From IMG/VR virus record IMGVR_UViG_3300028591_000070, positions 192,001 to 256,000 of that record: a stretch of 64,000 bases of DNA. One strand, written 5' to 3'. The position numbers and the translations under genes are program-made. The DNA is from a virus. Lineage: Duplodnaviria; Caudoviricetes. Below the pieces are notes generated by a model. The model worked only from the letters and a program-made list of their open reading frames with translations, did no database searches and was not told where the DNA came from. Shown in pieces: positions 47,568-57,677 of the stretch (position 1 is its first letter; each line of letters begins with the position of its first letter).

Positions 47568-48403
47568 TACATTTCCTCAAACACTTTCTTTGCTTCTTCG
47601 TCAAAGCAGTCGTATGTCACAAAAGTATAGCCTATATTAAAATTTCTTGAAAAAAATTCTTTAACATTTTTATCTTTAAAATTTGGTTTTTTAATAACAT
47701 AGTTAATGCATATGTTCTCTGACCCAAATTCTTTAACCATTAACTCAAGGTTGTTCATAACTTTTTCAAAGTTTGCGCCTATTCTAGTTGCTTCAAACGT
47801 TTCTTTTGTAATTCCATCAATTGAAACAGTGATGTTTTTATATGGAATTCCTGTATTATCACTTACTTGTTTTAATTCTTTAATTCTAGTCTCATTTAAT
47901 GTAGAAAGACTTGATACAAAACTTACTTGTTTAGTATCTTTACATGGGTCTAAAGACTTTAAATAATTAAGTGTTTGATTATAATAAAAAAATGGTTCAC
48001 CTCTATCATTTAATCTTATTTCAGTAAGACAATTTCCTTTAATATTTTCTAAAGTTTTAAAATATAATTGTTTTGTTTCAGGGCTATCTTTATGCATTCC
48101 ATCCCAAAAGCAATGATAGCAACGTAAATTACAAGCCTTTGATAAGCCAACCGTTACTTTTTCAATTTTCTTAGGGAAATGACAAACTAAGCAACTGTCT
48201 TTGTGTTCATCATTAAAAACAGGTGGGACATTACAATGCTGATAAGCATATTCAATTATATTATTAATTTTTAAAAAATCCTCAATTGATAAAATTGAAA
48301 ATGGCTCAAGATAACAACATCTGCGTAAAAAAACTTTATCTTCTTGATTTAATATAATTGATAGTTCACCTAAAGGATTCCAACATTTTCTATTAATTTC
48401 CAT
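47567..48403 (-). CDS. radical SAM protein 2
   Basis: CNLRCYHCFW, DRGEPF, SIDG; N-terminal C...RCC...CxxC. Confidence 0.9.
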   Translation of the reverse strand: MEINRKCWNPLGELSIILNQEDKVFLRRCCYLEPFSILSIEDFLKINNIIEYAYQHCNVPPVFNDEHKDSCLVCHFPKKIEKVTVGLSKACNLRCYHCFWDGMHKDSPETKQLYFKTLENIKGNCLTEIRLNDRGEPFFYYNQTLNYLKSLDPCKDTKQVSFVSSLSTLNETRIKELKQVSDNTGIPYKNITVSIDGITKETFEATRIGANFEKVMNNLELMVKEFGSENICINYVIKKPNFKDKNVKEFFSRNFNIGYTFVTYDCFDEEAKKVFEEM

Positions 48404-48405
48404 AA

Positions 48406-49254
48406 TTATCCCCTATAGTTATAAAATGCTTTTTTGCAATTCTCATCTAACATATCATAGTAAATATTAACTTCTACACCTTTTGAATTAAAAAAGGGTT
48501 TTATATTTGGCAAATCTTTAATAGAAGCTTCTCGAATAGTACAACAAACGCAAATATCTTTTTTATCAAAAATGGAAATTAAGTTATCAAAGTTTTCCAT
48601 AACTTGTTCCCAATTTGCGCCACATCTTGTTCCTTCAAAACTCTCTTTAGTTATGCCGTCTATAGAAGCAACAAACATATATTTAACACCAGTTTGTTCA
48701 CTTATTTTCTTTAATTCTAAAATACGATTTTTATTTAATAAAGTCATATTAGTAAAAAACCGCATAGTTTCAGTATCATTAAGAGTAAGACTCCTTAAAA
48801 ATTTAACAACCTCATTATAATAAAAGAATGGCTCTCCTTGGTCTGTGAGTTGTAGTTGATAAAGCTGATGACCTTTAACACTGTATAATGTTTTAAAAAA
48901 TAAATCTTTAATCTGTTTAGTATCTGTGTGATGTCCATCAAAAAAACAATCATGACAATGAATATTACAAGCATGAGATAAAGATACCACTACTTGTTTA
49001 ATTTTATCGGGTGGAAAATAACAAGTAGTACATCTATCCATGGTCATTTGTTTTCGTAATTCTTCAGGAGAAGGATATTTAAACGTCTTTGTATAATCTA
49101 TTATATCATCTATTTTTGAAAATTCTTCAAAGCTCAGGGTTTTAAAAGGAGCTAAATGACAACATCTTTTTAGAGCAACTTCTGTATCATTTTCTCTTGT
49201 AATCCAAAGCGCACCATAAGGAATGGTACAATTTCCATGATTTGCGAATTCCAT
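48406..49254 (-). CDS. radical SAM protein 3
   Basis: CNIHCHDCFF, DQGEPF; start reassigned to MEFANHG after ACTAAT. Confidence 0.9.
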   Translation of the reverse strand: MEFANHGNCTIPYGALWITRENDTEVALKRCCHLAPFKTLSFEEFSKIDDIIDYTKTFKYPSPEELRKQMTMDRCTTCYFPPDKIKQVVVSLSHACNIHCHDCFFDGHHTDTKQIKDLFFKTLYSVKGHQLYQLQLTDQGEPFFYYNEVVKFLRSLTLNDTETMRFFTNMTLLNKNRILELKKISEQTGVKYMFVASIDGITKESFEGTRCGANWEQVMENFDNLISIFDKKDICVCCTIREASIKDLPNIKPFFNSKGVEVNIYYDMLDENCKKAFYNYRG

Positions 49255-49263
49255 AACAATAAA

Positions 49264-49276
49264 ATTAGTGACTAAT
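49264..49276. promoter_or_regulatory. divergent late-type promoter pair ATTAGT-g-ACTAAT
   Basis: Inverted repeat between ATG 49254(-) and ATG 49283(+). Confidence 0.7.
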
Positions 49277-49282
49277 TTCAAT

Positions 49283-50116
49283 ATGAATAAATGCCATAGA
49301 AAAATATATTCTATACAAGTAGATTTTACTATAAATAAAGTTGAACTAACAAAATGCTGCTATTTACATGGAAATAAAATTTCAATTGAAGAATTTAAGG
49401 CATTAGATAATATTATTATTCCACCAAATGAATTACCTTCTAATCCTTACCATATTGAAAATTGTTTAATGAATTGCGACTTTGATGATAATAAATATCA
49501 AACAATAGATATTTGTTGCAGTAGTTTATGTAATGCAAAATGTTATCATTGTTGTGCTGCAGATCATTCTCATCCCGACCCTAGAGAAAGAGATTTACTT
49601 TATAATTTTATTTTACCAAAAGTAAAAGGTTTTGGATATGGAACTCTTCAACTAGATGGGAAAGGAGAAGTATTTTTAAATTATAAAGAAATAACAGCAT
49701 TTTTAAAAACTCTTTCTGCTGAAAAAGATTTTAAGACTGTAAGATTTTTAACAAATGGTTCAACACTCACTAAAGAACGATTATTAGAATTAAAATCTAT
49801 TAGTGATATGACAGGTATAAACTATATTTTTGCAATTTCAGTAGATGGCATTAGTAAAAAAACCTTTGAAGCAGTGAGATGTGGACTTTCTTTTGAAAAT
49901 GTAATGGCTAATTTGCAGAACACTGTAGAGATTTTTGGAAATAATAATGTAGATATTACTTTTACGATTAAAGAACCTAACAAAGAAGACACTCCTTATG
50001 TGAAAGATTTTTTAGTAAATAATTATAATATTTTACCTGAAAGAATCGCTATGCAAAGTGATTTTTTAGATAAAAATATGAATCAATATTTAACAAATTA
50101 TTTTAAAGATCGTTAA
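49283..50116 (+). CDS. radical SAM protein 4
   Basis: CNAKCYHCCA, DGKGEVF, TNG, SVDG; start MNKCHRK. Confidence 0.9.
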   Translation: MNKCHRKIYSIQVDFTINKVELTKCCYLHGNKISIEEFKALDNIIIPPNELPSNPYHIENCLMNCDFDDNKYQTIDICCSSLCNAKCYHCCAADHSHPDPRERDLLYNFILPKVKGFGYGTLQLDGKGEVFLNYKEITAFLKTLSAEKDFKTVRFLTNGSTLTKERLLELKSISDMTGINYIFAISVDGISKKTFEAVRCGLSFENVMANLQNTVEIFGNNNVDITFTIKEPNKEDTPYVKDFLVNNYNILPERIAMQSDFLDKNMNQYLTNYFKDR

Positions 50117-50958
50117 AACTTTTCAATAAATAATTTTTTACAATCTTCATCAAAAAAGTCATAAGTAATAACTACCCATACACCTAAATTTCTGAAAAAC
50201 GTTTCAATCTCTTCTCTTGAGGCAGCCATATTAGGTTTTTTAATAGTGTAATTTACTAAAACATCATCAAAATTATTTAATAAATATTTTAGATTTGTGA
50301 TAGTCTTATCAAACTTTCCATAAATACGAGTAGCTTCATAAGCTTCTTTTGTGATACCATCTATAGAGGCCTCAAACTTATAGTGAATACCAGTTTTTTC
50401 ACTTATATCTTTAAGTTCTTTAATTCTTTCTTCCGATAATAAATTTAAATTTGTTAAAAACTTTATTGTTTTTGCATCTTCAGTAGTTAAAGTTTTTAAG
50501 TAATCTCTTATCTTATAATAATAAAAGAAGGGCTCACCTCTGTCAGTAAACTCAATAATATCTAAGTCATGACCTTTAATTTTTTCTAAAGTTTCAAAAT
50601 ATAATTCTTTTAATTCTTTTGTGTCTCTATGATTTTCATAGAAACAATGATAACAATTTAGATTACAAGCATAAGATAGCCCAACAGTTACTCTTTTTAT
50701 TTCATTTTTTGGAAAATAACAAGGATGGCAAAAATTATCTTCTTTAGAAGAAAAATTAGTATTTGCATATTTACTATAGTCTAAATATTCAAAAGTTTTA
50801 GAAAATTCAATAGGATCTTTTATTTTAAGAAATTCTTCAATAGAACAACTATAAAAAGGCTTACCACGACAGCAGCGTTTTAGGTCAATTTTATTTTCAA
50901 AAAAATTAATATTTAATTCACCACCTTCATAAGCAGTACAATTTACTAGTTTACTCAT
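50113..50958 (-). CDS. radical SAM protein 5
   Basis: CNLNCYHCFY, DRGEPF, SIDG. Confidence 0.9.
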   Translation of the reverse strand: MSKLVNCTAYEGGELNINFFENKIDLKRCCRGKPFYSCSIEEFLKIKDPIEFSKTFEYLDYSKYANTNFSSKEDNFCHPCYFPKNEIKRVTVGLSYACNLNCYHCFYENHRDTKELKELYFETLEKIKGHDLDIIEFTDRGEPFFYYYKIRDYLKTLTTEDAKTIKFLTNLNLLSEERIKELKDISEKTGIHYKFEASIDGITKEAYEATRIYGKFDKTITNLKYLLNNFDDVLVNYTIKKPNMAASREEIETFFRNLGVWVVITYDFFDEDCKKLFIEKF

Positions 50959-50961
50959 TAC

Positions 50962-51813
50962 TTAATCCCATCTTTTATTTAAAGGTACATATTTAGAACA
51001 ATACTCTTCATCAAAATAGTCAGAGCTCCATAAAACATTTGATCCTAGATTTTTAAAAAATTCTTCTACTTGAGGCACATCTTCTATGTTAGGCCGTTTA
51101 ACTGTAAATGTGACCAAAGTATTTCCAAAAAGATTATTTAATTTTTTTAAAACTAAAATTACTTTGTTAAAATCAGCACCTGGTCGACATTTCGAAAAAG
51201 TATCTTCTTTAATTCCATCTATTGAAAGATTAAACTGATAATTTACACCAGTTTTTTTAGATATTTCATATAATTGATTTATTCTATCTTCGTTTAAAAG
51301 AGTACCATTAGTCATAAAAAATATATTTTTAATATTATTACTTGTAATGCTATTTAAATATGTTATTAAATCATTATAATAAATGAAAATCTCGCCGGAG
51401 CCATCTAAGAATAAAGTACCAATATTTGAGTTTTTTAATAAGTTTAACATTTTAAATAAAAATTCTTTTGCTTTTAATGGATTATTTTGCTCTTTATTTA
51501 AAGGACTCCATCCATCAATAATTCCACCAAAACCTGCACAACAGTGATAACATCTTAAATTACAAGCCTTAATGACATTAAGGGTAACATTTTTTATCTG
51601 ATTTGAAAATGCACAATTCTTTTGGCATTGATTTTCATGACCTTCTTTAAACTCGGAAGAAATTGCAAGTTCACCTAAGTCATTTAAACTTTTATTTAAA
51701 AATTCTTCTAAAGAAATAGTTTTTTGTATAAGTTGACAACATCTACCTATATCTATAGTTTGATTTATATTATCATATGAAACTAATAAATCTGAAGTTT
51801 TACAACAAAACAT
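50962..51813 (-). CDS. radical SAM protein 6
   Basis: CNLRCYHCCA, DGSGEIF, TNG, SIDG. Confidence 0.9.
   Translation of the reverse strand: MFCCKTSDLLVSYDNINQTIDIGRCCQLIQKTISLEEFLNKSLNDLGELAISSEFKEGHENQCQKNCAFSNQIKNVTLNVIKACNLRCYHCCAGFGGIIDGWSPLNKEQNNPLKAKEFLFKMLNLLKNSNIGTLFLDGSGEIFIYYNDLITYLNSITSNNIKNIFFMTNGTLLNEDRINQLYEISKKTGVNYQFNLSIDGIKEDTFSKCRPGADFNKVILVLKKLNNLFGNTLVTFTVKRPNIEDVPQVEEFFKNLGSNVLWSSDYFDEEYCSKYVPLNKRWD
50983..51018. repeat. 36-bp exact direct repeat shared with 52692..52727
   Basis: AGGTACATATTTAGAACAATACTCTTCATCAAAATA at the 3' ends of rSAM genes 6 and 8. Confidence 0.85.
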
Positions 51814-51823
51814 ATATAGTAAA

Positions 51824-51835
51824 TTTAGTACTAAT
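51824..51835. promoter_or_regulatory. divergent late-type promoter pair TTTAGT-ACTAAT
   Basis: Between ATG 51813(-) and ATG 51842(+). Confidence 0.7.
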
Positions 51836-51841
51836 TTTAAT

Positions 51842-52669
51842 ATGCAAAAATGTCGAAGAACTAATGAATTATATATAACTTTAAATGACCAAAATAATAT
51901 ATATTTACAAAGATGTTGTGCGGCTTCAGGAGAAGTTATTAGTTTAGATGATTTTTTTAATTATTCTATAGATGAACTCAGCGAAATTCCAATAAATGGA
52001 CATACCCTAAATGAAAGAAAAAGTGGTTGTAGTAATAAATGCAATTTTTCAAAAAACATTAAAACAATATTTTTTAATGTGATTAATGTTTGTAATATTA
52101 AATGTTATCATTGCTGCGCCGGATGTGACCATAAAGGTTTAGGTAATATATCATTTAGAAAAAAGCAATTTTTTAAAATAATAAATACTATAAAAAATGC
52201 GCATCTTGATTCTATTGGATTCGATGGCACTGGAGAAATATTTCTCTTTTATAAAGACTTAGTGTCTTTATTAAAAACACTAACTCCAAATGATACTAAA
52301 GATATACGATTTTTAACAAATGGTACTCTTTTAAATGAAGACCGACTAAAAGAACTCTATCAAATAAGTAAAGACACAGGAATAAATTATAGGTTTGGTT
52401 TATCGGTAGATGGTTTAACAAAAGAAACTTATGAGAAAATAAGAGTGGGTGCAAATTTTGAACATACAATAGATATTATTGATTCTATAAAGAATATTTT
52501 TAATAATCCACCTGAAATTATTTTTACTATTAAAAAATATAATATCCAAGAAGTACCTTTTGCAAAAGATTTTTTTATACAACTAGGTTGCTCTTATATT
52601 GAATTTTTATATGACATATTTGATTCAGAATGTGGTAAATATATGCCAGAAGATTGTAGAATTGGTTAA
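51842..52669 (+). CDS. radical SAM protein 7
   Basis: CNIKCYHCCA, DGTGEIF, TNG, SVDG. Confidence 0.9.
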   Translation: MQKCRRTNELYITLNDQNNIYLQRCCAASGEVISLDDFFNYSIDELSEIPINGHTLNERKSGCSNKCNFSKNIKTIFFNVINVCNIKCYHCCAGCDHKGLGNISFRKKQFFKIINTIKNAHLDSIGFDGTGEIFLFYKDLVSLLKTLTPNDTKDIRFLTNGTLLNEDRLKELYQISKDTGINYRFGLSVDGLTKETYEKIRVGANFEHTIDIIDSIKNIFNNPPEIIFTIKKYNIQEVPFAKDFFIQLGCSYIEFLYDIFDSECGKYMPEDCRIG

Positions 52670-52670
52670 T

Positions 52671-53516
52671 TTATGAATATCTTTTATCTACAGGTACATA
52701 TTTAGAACAATACTCTTCATCAAAATAATCTGAATTCCATGTGATACTAACATCATAAGGTTCAAAAAACTTTTCAACAAAAGGTACATCTTCTACATTA
52801 GGTCGTTTAACTGTAAATATTACAGTAGTATATGGGAATAATTTTGATATAAACTTTAAGTTATCTAATACCCTATTAAAATCAGCACCTGGTCTACAAG
52901 CATTAAAAGTTTTTTCGCTTATACCATCTACCGATATTACGAATCTATACTGAACATTTGTCGTTTTACTTATTTTTAATAAATTAACAATTTTATTTTT
53001 ATTTAAAAGAGTAGCATTTGTTTGAAAATAAATTATTTTTGTATTTTCACCTGAAAAAGATTTTAAAGCTTCAATGAGGTCATCATAATAAATAAATATT
53101 TCGCCAGAGCCATCCATACTAATAGAAGAAAGTTTTTTTGTTCTTAAGTAAGAAAGTGCATCAAAAAGAAAATTTTTTCTATCTTGTAATTCTTCTTTAC
53201 AAATATTTTTAGCATTCCATTCACTAATTGAACCACTCTGTCCTGCACAGCAATGAAGACAAGATAAATTACATTTAGCAATAGCTGATATAACTACGTC
53301 TGTTATAGGCTCTACAAAGCCACAATTAAATTGACACTGATGCATATGATCTGGCCTAAGCTCAATAGGAGTATTTGAAGCTAAATCTTCTAAACTATTT
53401 AAAAATAAATCTGCTCTAGAAAATTGGTGTTCTTTTAAATGACAACATCTACTTATTAAAATAAATCCAGGTTTGTCATATGATATATTTATAATCGAGG
53501 ACCTTGAACATGACAT
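52671..53516 (-). CDS. radical SAM protein 8
   Basis: CNLSCLHCCA, DGSGEIF, SVDG. Confidence 0.9.
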   Translation of the reverse strand: MSCSRSSIINISYDKPGFILISRCCHLKEHQFSRADLFLNSLEDLASNTPIELRPDHMHQCQFNCGFVEPITDVVISAIAKCNLSCLHCCAGQSGSISEWNAKNICKEELQDRKNFLFDALSYLRTKKLSSISMDGSGEIFIYYDDLIEALKSFSGENTKIIYFQTNATLLNKNKIVNLLKISKTTNVQYRFVISVDGISEKTFNACRPGADFNRVLDNLKFISKLFPYTTVIFTVKRPNVEDVPFVEKFFEPYDVSITWNSDYFDEEYCSKYVPVDKRYS

Positions 53517-53531
53517 ACTAATTTAATTAGT
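53517..53531. promoter_or_regulatory. overlapping late-type promoter pair ACTAAT-tta-ATTAGT
   Basis: Fills almost all of the 16-bp gap between ATG 53516(-) and ATG 53533(+). Confidence 0.7.
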
Positions 53532-53532
53532 T

Positions 53533-54372
53533 ATGTGTCATCCATGGGAAAATTCTTTAGTAATTAATCAATTCGAAGGCTTAGATGGCTTTGAGGTTAG
53601 TAGATGCTGTATATTGAAAAGTAAAAAAATATCAAAAGAACAATTTTTTGAGTCATCCTTAAATGATGTTGGCAGGTTTGCTAAACCTGAGTCTTTTATC
53701 CAAGATGACTTATCACTATGTGCTCATGATTGTAATTTTTTAGAAGATATAAGTAAAGTTCATTTAAATATTATTCATAATTGTAATTTAAGATGTTATC
53801 ATTGTTGTGCAGGCTTTGATAAAAATGACCCAAGATTATGTTTTGGACTTAATAAATCTTTAGAATATCATCAACAGAAAAAAGAGTCATTTTTTCAAGT
53901 TTTAAATTATTTAAAAAACTATCCATTAAAAATAATATCAATGGATGGATCTGGAGAAATTTTTTTATATTATAAAGACCTAATTCATTACTTATTGTCA
54001 GTAAGATCTCACAATGTAGAAGAAATTTGTTTTTTAACAAATGGTACATTATTAACTGAAGAAAAAATTATTACTTTAAGTAAAATAAGTGAAAAAACAA
54101 AAATCAAATATAGTTTCGACCTCTCAATAGATGGTGTAACTAAAGAAAGTTTTGAATCAATTAGACATGGTGCAAAGTTTGAACAAATAATAGAAACAGC
54201 ATATCTTTTAAAAAATTATTTTGATACACAGATTAATTTTACTATTAAAAAACCAAATATCAGTGATATTGATAAGGTAGCAGATTTTTTTAAAGATTTT
54301 AGACTTTTCTGGTCATATGATTATTATGATCCTGAATGTGCGAAATATTTAAAAAATAAATGGGGAGAATAA
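53533..54372 (+). CDS. radical SAM protein 9
   Basis: CNLRCYHCCA, DGSGEIF, TNG, SIDG. Confidence 0.9.
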   Translation: MCHPWENSLVINQFEGLDGFEVSRCCILKSKKISKEQFFESSLNDVGRFAKPESFIQDDLSLCAHDCNFLEDISKVHLNIIHNCNLRCYHCCAGFDKNDPRLCFGLNKSLEYHQQKKESFFQVLNYLKNYPLKIISMDGSGEIFLYYKDLIHYLLSVRSHNVEEICFLTNGTLLTEEKIITLSKISEKTKIKYSFDLSIDGVTKESFESIRHGAKFEQIIETAYLLKNYFDTQINFTIKKPNISDIDKVADFFKDFRLFWSYDYYDPECAKYLKNKWGE

Positions 54373-54385
54373 ATCTCCCCTCATA

Positions 54386-56260
54386 TTAAGCCATATCAAT
54401 ATGAAACTCTCTTCCTCTTAAATAATTTTTACGAGGAGTTGAGTCATCACCATACCATTCTTCAATAGTTGTTTTAGCTCTATCATCCATTTCAAAAGGT
54501 TTAAGAAGTTTATCCATTCCACCAACTTTTTCGATAATTTGTTTTAAGTCTTCTTTTACCCAAGAACCCAATCCTTTCAAATAAAAATATTCAAGATTTT
54601 TCTTAAGTTCTGAATTTTTAGGAAATGCAAAATAATACTCTTCTACGCTATTACCTTTTTTACCAATCAAAAGAGGTGTTTCCAATCTACAAACTCTTCC
54701 TTGTTCAAGCATTTTAGGAGCAACTATACTAAAGAATGTGAGAATAAGACCAGCAATAGCACAACCATCTGGGTCGGCGTCAGTAAGAATTACAACTTTA
54801 TCATAAGTCATATCTTCTGTATTACCATTGGCATCTAAACCTAAAATATCACACAACTCCTTGATTTCGCGATTCTTCATAAACTCAACTGGCTTTTCAC
54901 CGAAGATATTCATCAACTTACCACGAAGCATATAATATCCAATACCTTTTCTACCTAAAATTGGAGAAATACCTGAAAAGGCAGAGAAACCCTCAGTTAT
55001 CATAAGATAATTTTTTCCAGTTTTTCCAATAGGTCCAAAATATTTATCAGACTCAACTTCCTTCTTACCTTTATTTAACTTTGCCAACTCTTTCTGTTCA
55101 GCTAATTCTTCTTTAAGTCTAAATAAATCAGTAATGTTATTAACAATTTCTTTTTCTCTAAGAATTTTAGCTGTAAAGCCATCCATATCAAGTTGATTAT
55201 CTCTAATAAAGTCGCCTACTTCTCCCCAAGAGTTTGTAAGTTTCTTTTTAGTCTGACTATCAAATGCACAGTTCAAAAATCCTTTTAAGAAAATTACAAT
55301 ACCGATGCGGTTACGAATATCAGCCGGTTTAATTGCTTTATATTTCTTTGAAACTTTATCACGAATATCACTTACAATTTTGTTTGTGATATAGTCAGCA
55401 TGGGTTCCACCTTCCTTCAATGAAATACCATTTACATAAGTAAGTGTATAAGGCTCTTCAGAAGGATAAACACAGATATAAGCATTTGGCTCATTCATAA
55501 CAATTGCTGGCTGTGGAAATAATGAACTTAAATCTTTGGCTGCTTTAATATTTACTTTTTCACCATTGAAAGTAAAAGTACAATCTGGATAAAACCATGA
55601 CAAAAACTTCAATCTAGTTTTTACAAGCAAAATAATATCTTCATCAAATCCTTTTACTGAAAATTTTTCAAAATCAGGTGAGAAAGTAATTTTTGTTCCA
55701 GTCTTGTTATTAGCTGCAAGTTCTTTTACATTGATTTTAGAAAGATTATTTTCACAAGAGATTTTCATCTTTCCTTGGCCATCACAAGTAATACATTCAA
55801 ATGTTTTTGAGAAAATAGATGCGGCCTTAATTCCAATACCATTTGTACCAATTGTCTCACGATTTTCATCATTGAAGTTTGAACCTGACATTGGAACTGT
55901 TACAGCATTTACACACATCCAATCTCCATTATCCATTTTCTTAACTGGAATACCACGGCCATTATCTTCAATAGAGAAAGTATTTTTGTCCATTGTGATA
56001 TTTATTTTTGTTGAATACTTCCAACCTGTTTTAATACCTTCGTCAACCGAATTATCAATTGCTTCATTTACAATCTTGTGAAGACCTTCTACAATATTTA
56101 CAGTTTTTAATTCAATTCCGCCTTCTTCATTCAAAGTCCACTCCATAGTATCAGAAGGTTTCATACCGCCTACATACATCTGTGGTCTCGCCAAAATATG
56201 TTCTACTGGAGAAAGTGATTTAATTGATCTATCATCTACTTGTTTCTTTTTTGCTGCCAT
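54386..56260 (-). CDS. DNA topoisomerase II large subunit (T4 gp39+60/GyrB-like)
   Basis: HILARPQMYVG, EAIDNSVDE, DNGRGIP, GTNGIG, ITEGFSA, LRGK, TDADPDG, YLKGLG. Confidence 0.95.
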   Translation of the reverse strand: MAAKKKQVDDRSIKSLSPVEHILARPQMYVGGMKPSDTMEWTLNEEGGIELKTVNIVEGLHKIVNEAIDNSVDEGIKTGWKYSTKINITMDKNTFSIEDNGRGIPVKKMDNGDWMCVNAVTVPMSGSNFNDENRETIGTNGIGIKAASIFSKTFECITCDGQGKMKISCENNLSKINVKELAANNKTGTKITFSPDFEKFSVKGFDEDIILLVKTRLKFLSWFYPDCTFTFNGEKVNIKAAKDLSSLFPQPAIVMNEPNAYICVYPSEEPYTLTYVNGISLKEGGTHADYITNKIVSDIRDKVSKKYKAIKPADIRNRIGIVIFLKGFLNCAFDSQTKKKLTNSWGEVGDFIRDNQLDMDGFTAKILREKEIVNNITDLFRLKEELAEQKELAKLNKGKKEVESDKYFGPIGKTGKNYLMITEGFSAFSGISPILGRKGIGYYMLRGKLMNIFGEKPVEFMKNREIKELCDILGLDANGNTEDMTYDKVVILTDADPDGCAIAGLILTFFSIVAPKMLEQGRVCRLETPLLIGKKGNSVEEYYFAFPKNSELKKNLEYFYLKGLGSWVKEDLKQIIEKVGGMDKLLKPFEMDDRAKTTIEEWYGDDSTPRKNYLRGREFHIDMA

Positions 56261-57624
56261 TAAAGTCTACCCTCCTTTTTAAGTTCTTTTTCTAACTCAT
56301 CAATATCTTTAAGCCAAAGTGTAACTGGAGTTTCGTTCTTAATAAAATTGTCTAATTCTTCAACTTTAGCTTGATACTTTTCTTCCATCTCTTTTGCTTT
56401 ATCAGATGTAATAGAATAAAGTGGCATAGAAATAAGTTTATCGATATTAATATATTTCTTTTTCTTCATATCTGCTTCTACAACAGATTTTTTAAATTTA
56501 AGATTTATAGTTCCTGCAATTACTTCTTTAATAAAGCGAACGACTTCAGCTAAATAAATCTTTTCATTTTCAAGTCGCTTTTCTTCAGACTTCTTACGCT
56601 TCTCCATATATTTAAGCTTAATATCATAATAAGCATTAAATACATCTGTTGCATCTTTAAAACCATCTTCAACGGCATTATTTTCATTAATCAATGTTGG
56701 ATTTTCGGTGATTACTTCAACTAAGCCCAAATCTTTAAGAATTGTTTCTTGTGGTAGGGCGGCTTCTTCATCAGTAAGAGTTATTTCAAAGTGAAAAGTA
56801 TCTACCTCTGGGTCAGATCCATCAATATATTTTTCAATTCTCTTTTTCTCTTTAGGTTTTTTAGGATCTGGATTTTTATATTTAGATAAAAGAGCTAAAT
56901 ACTTTTGTAAATCCCAGGTAATAGGAAGTTCATCAATTACAACTTTTTTACCTTGGATAGTTGCAACTCCACGAACCTCATATTTATTTGGCTCTAATTC
57001 AGCAACCGTTCCTTTAAATCCCTGCCAATTTGGGAGTAATAAATCCTTTTTAATTCTTTTGCCTTCCAATTTATTTCGAGTAAGCTTAATAATATTTTCA
57101 ATTGGGCGAGCATACATTTGGCCTGCAAAACCTACGCCAATACCTTCTGCTCCATTCACCAAAATCATAGGTAAAGTTGGCACATAAAATCTTGGCTCAA
57201 TTTCGTCACCTTCAAATTCCTGAGAAATAAGATTTTCATCATCACTTTTTCTAAAAATTAAATCTGAATAGTCTGCCATTCTCGCAAAAATATAACGAGG
57301 AGCAGAAGCTTCTGGAATAAGACGAGTTCCAAAAGAACCTTCACCTTTAACATAAGGTAAATTATTAGCTCCACAATAATCTGCTGCCAATGTTACAATT
57401 GTACCTTGAATTCCTGAGTCACCATGTAAATAACCAGCTTCCATAATAATAGAACTTGCTAATGCTGATACTTTAATTTTGCTTTTAATGTTACGTTGCT
57501 TTACTGTATAAATTACTTTTCTACCTGAGTTTTTCAAACCGTCAATATATGATGGCAAAGACCTATATGCCATATACAAAGCGCTTTGACTATACTCTTC
57601 ATTTAAAAACTTTGTAATATCCAT
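56260..57624 (-). CDS. DNA topoisomerase II medium subunit (T4 gp52/GyrA-like)
   Basis: RSLPSYIDGLK..RK, YLHGD, SAPRY catalytic Tyr, LVNGAEGIGVGF. Confidence 0.95.
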   Translation of the reverse strand: MDITKFLNEEYSQSALYMAYRSLPSYIDGLKNSGRKVIYTVKQRNIKSKIKVSALASSIIMEAGYLHGDSGIQGTIVTLAADYCGANNLPYVKGEGSFGTRLIPEASAPRYIFARMADYSDLIFRKSDDENLISQEFEGDEIEPRFYVPTLPMILVNGAEGIGVGFAGQMYARPIENIIKLTRNKLEGKRIKKDLLLPNWQGFKGTVAELEPNKYEVRGVATIQGKKVVIDELPITWDLQKYLALLSKYKNPDPKKPKEKKRIEKYIDGSDPEVDTFHFEITLTDEEAALPQETILKDLGLVEVITENPTLINENNAVEDGFKDATDVFNAYYDIKLKYMEKRKKSEEKRLENEKIYLAEVVRFIKEVIAGTINLKFKKSVVEADMKKKKYINIDKLISMPLYSITSDKAKEMEEKYQAKVEELDNFIKNETPVTLWLKDIDELEKELKKEGRL

Positions 57625-57647
57625 AATAAATAAATATTAACTGAAAT

Positions 57648-57675
57648 AAAAAAGGACGGCCTGAACCGTCCTCTT
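57648..57675 (-). terminator. intrinsic terminator
   Basis: AGGACGG-cctgaa-CCGTCCT with U tract on the minus strand. Confidence 0.65.
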
Positions 57676-57677
57676 AG

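Noticed and set aside
46731-54372. Viperin-like or RiPP-maturase identity for the rSAM array
   Set aside because: The CxxxCxxC context and extra N-terminal Cys domain do not match the viperin NxHxxxxCNxxCxFCF pattern, and no short precursor-peptide ORF is visible in or beside the array.
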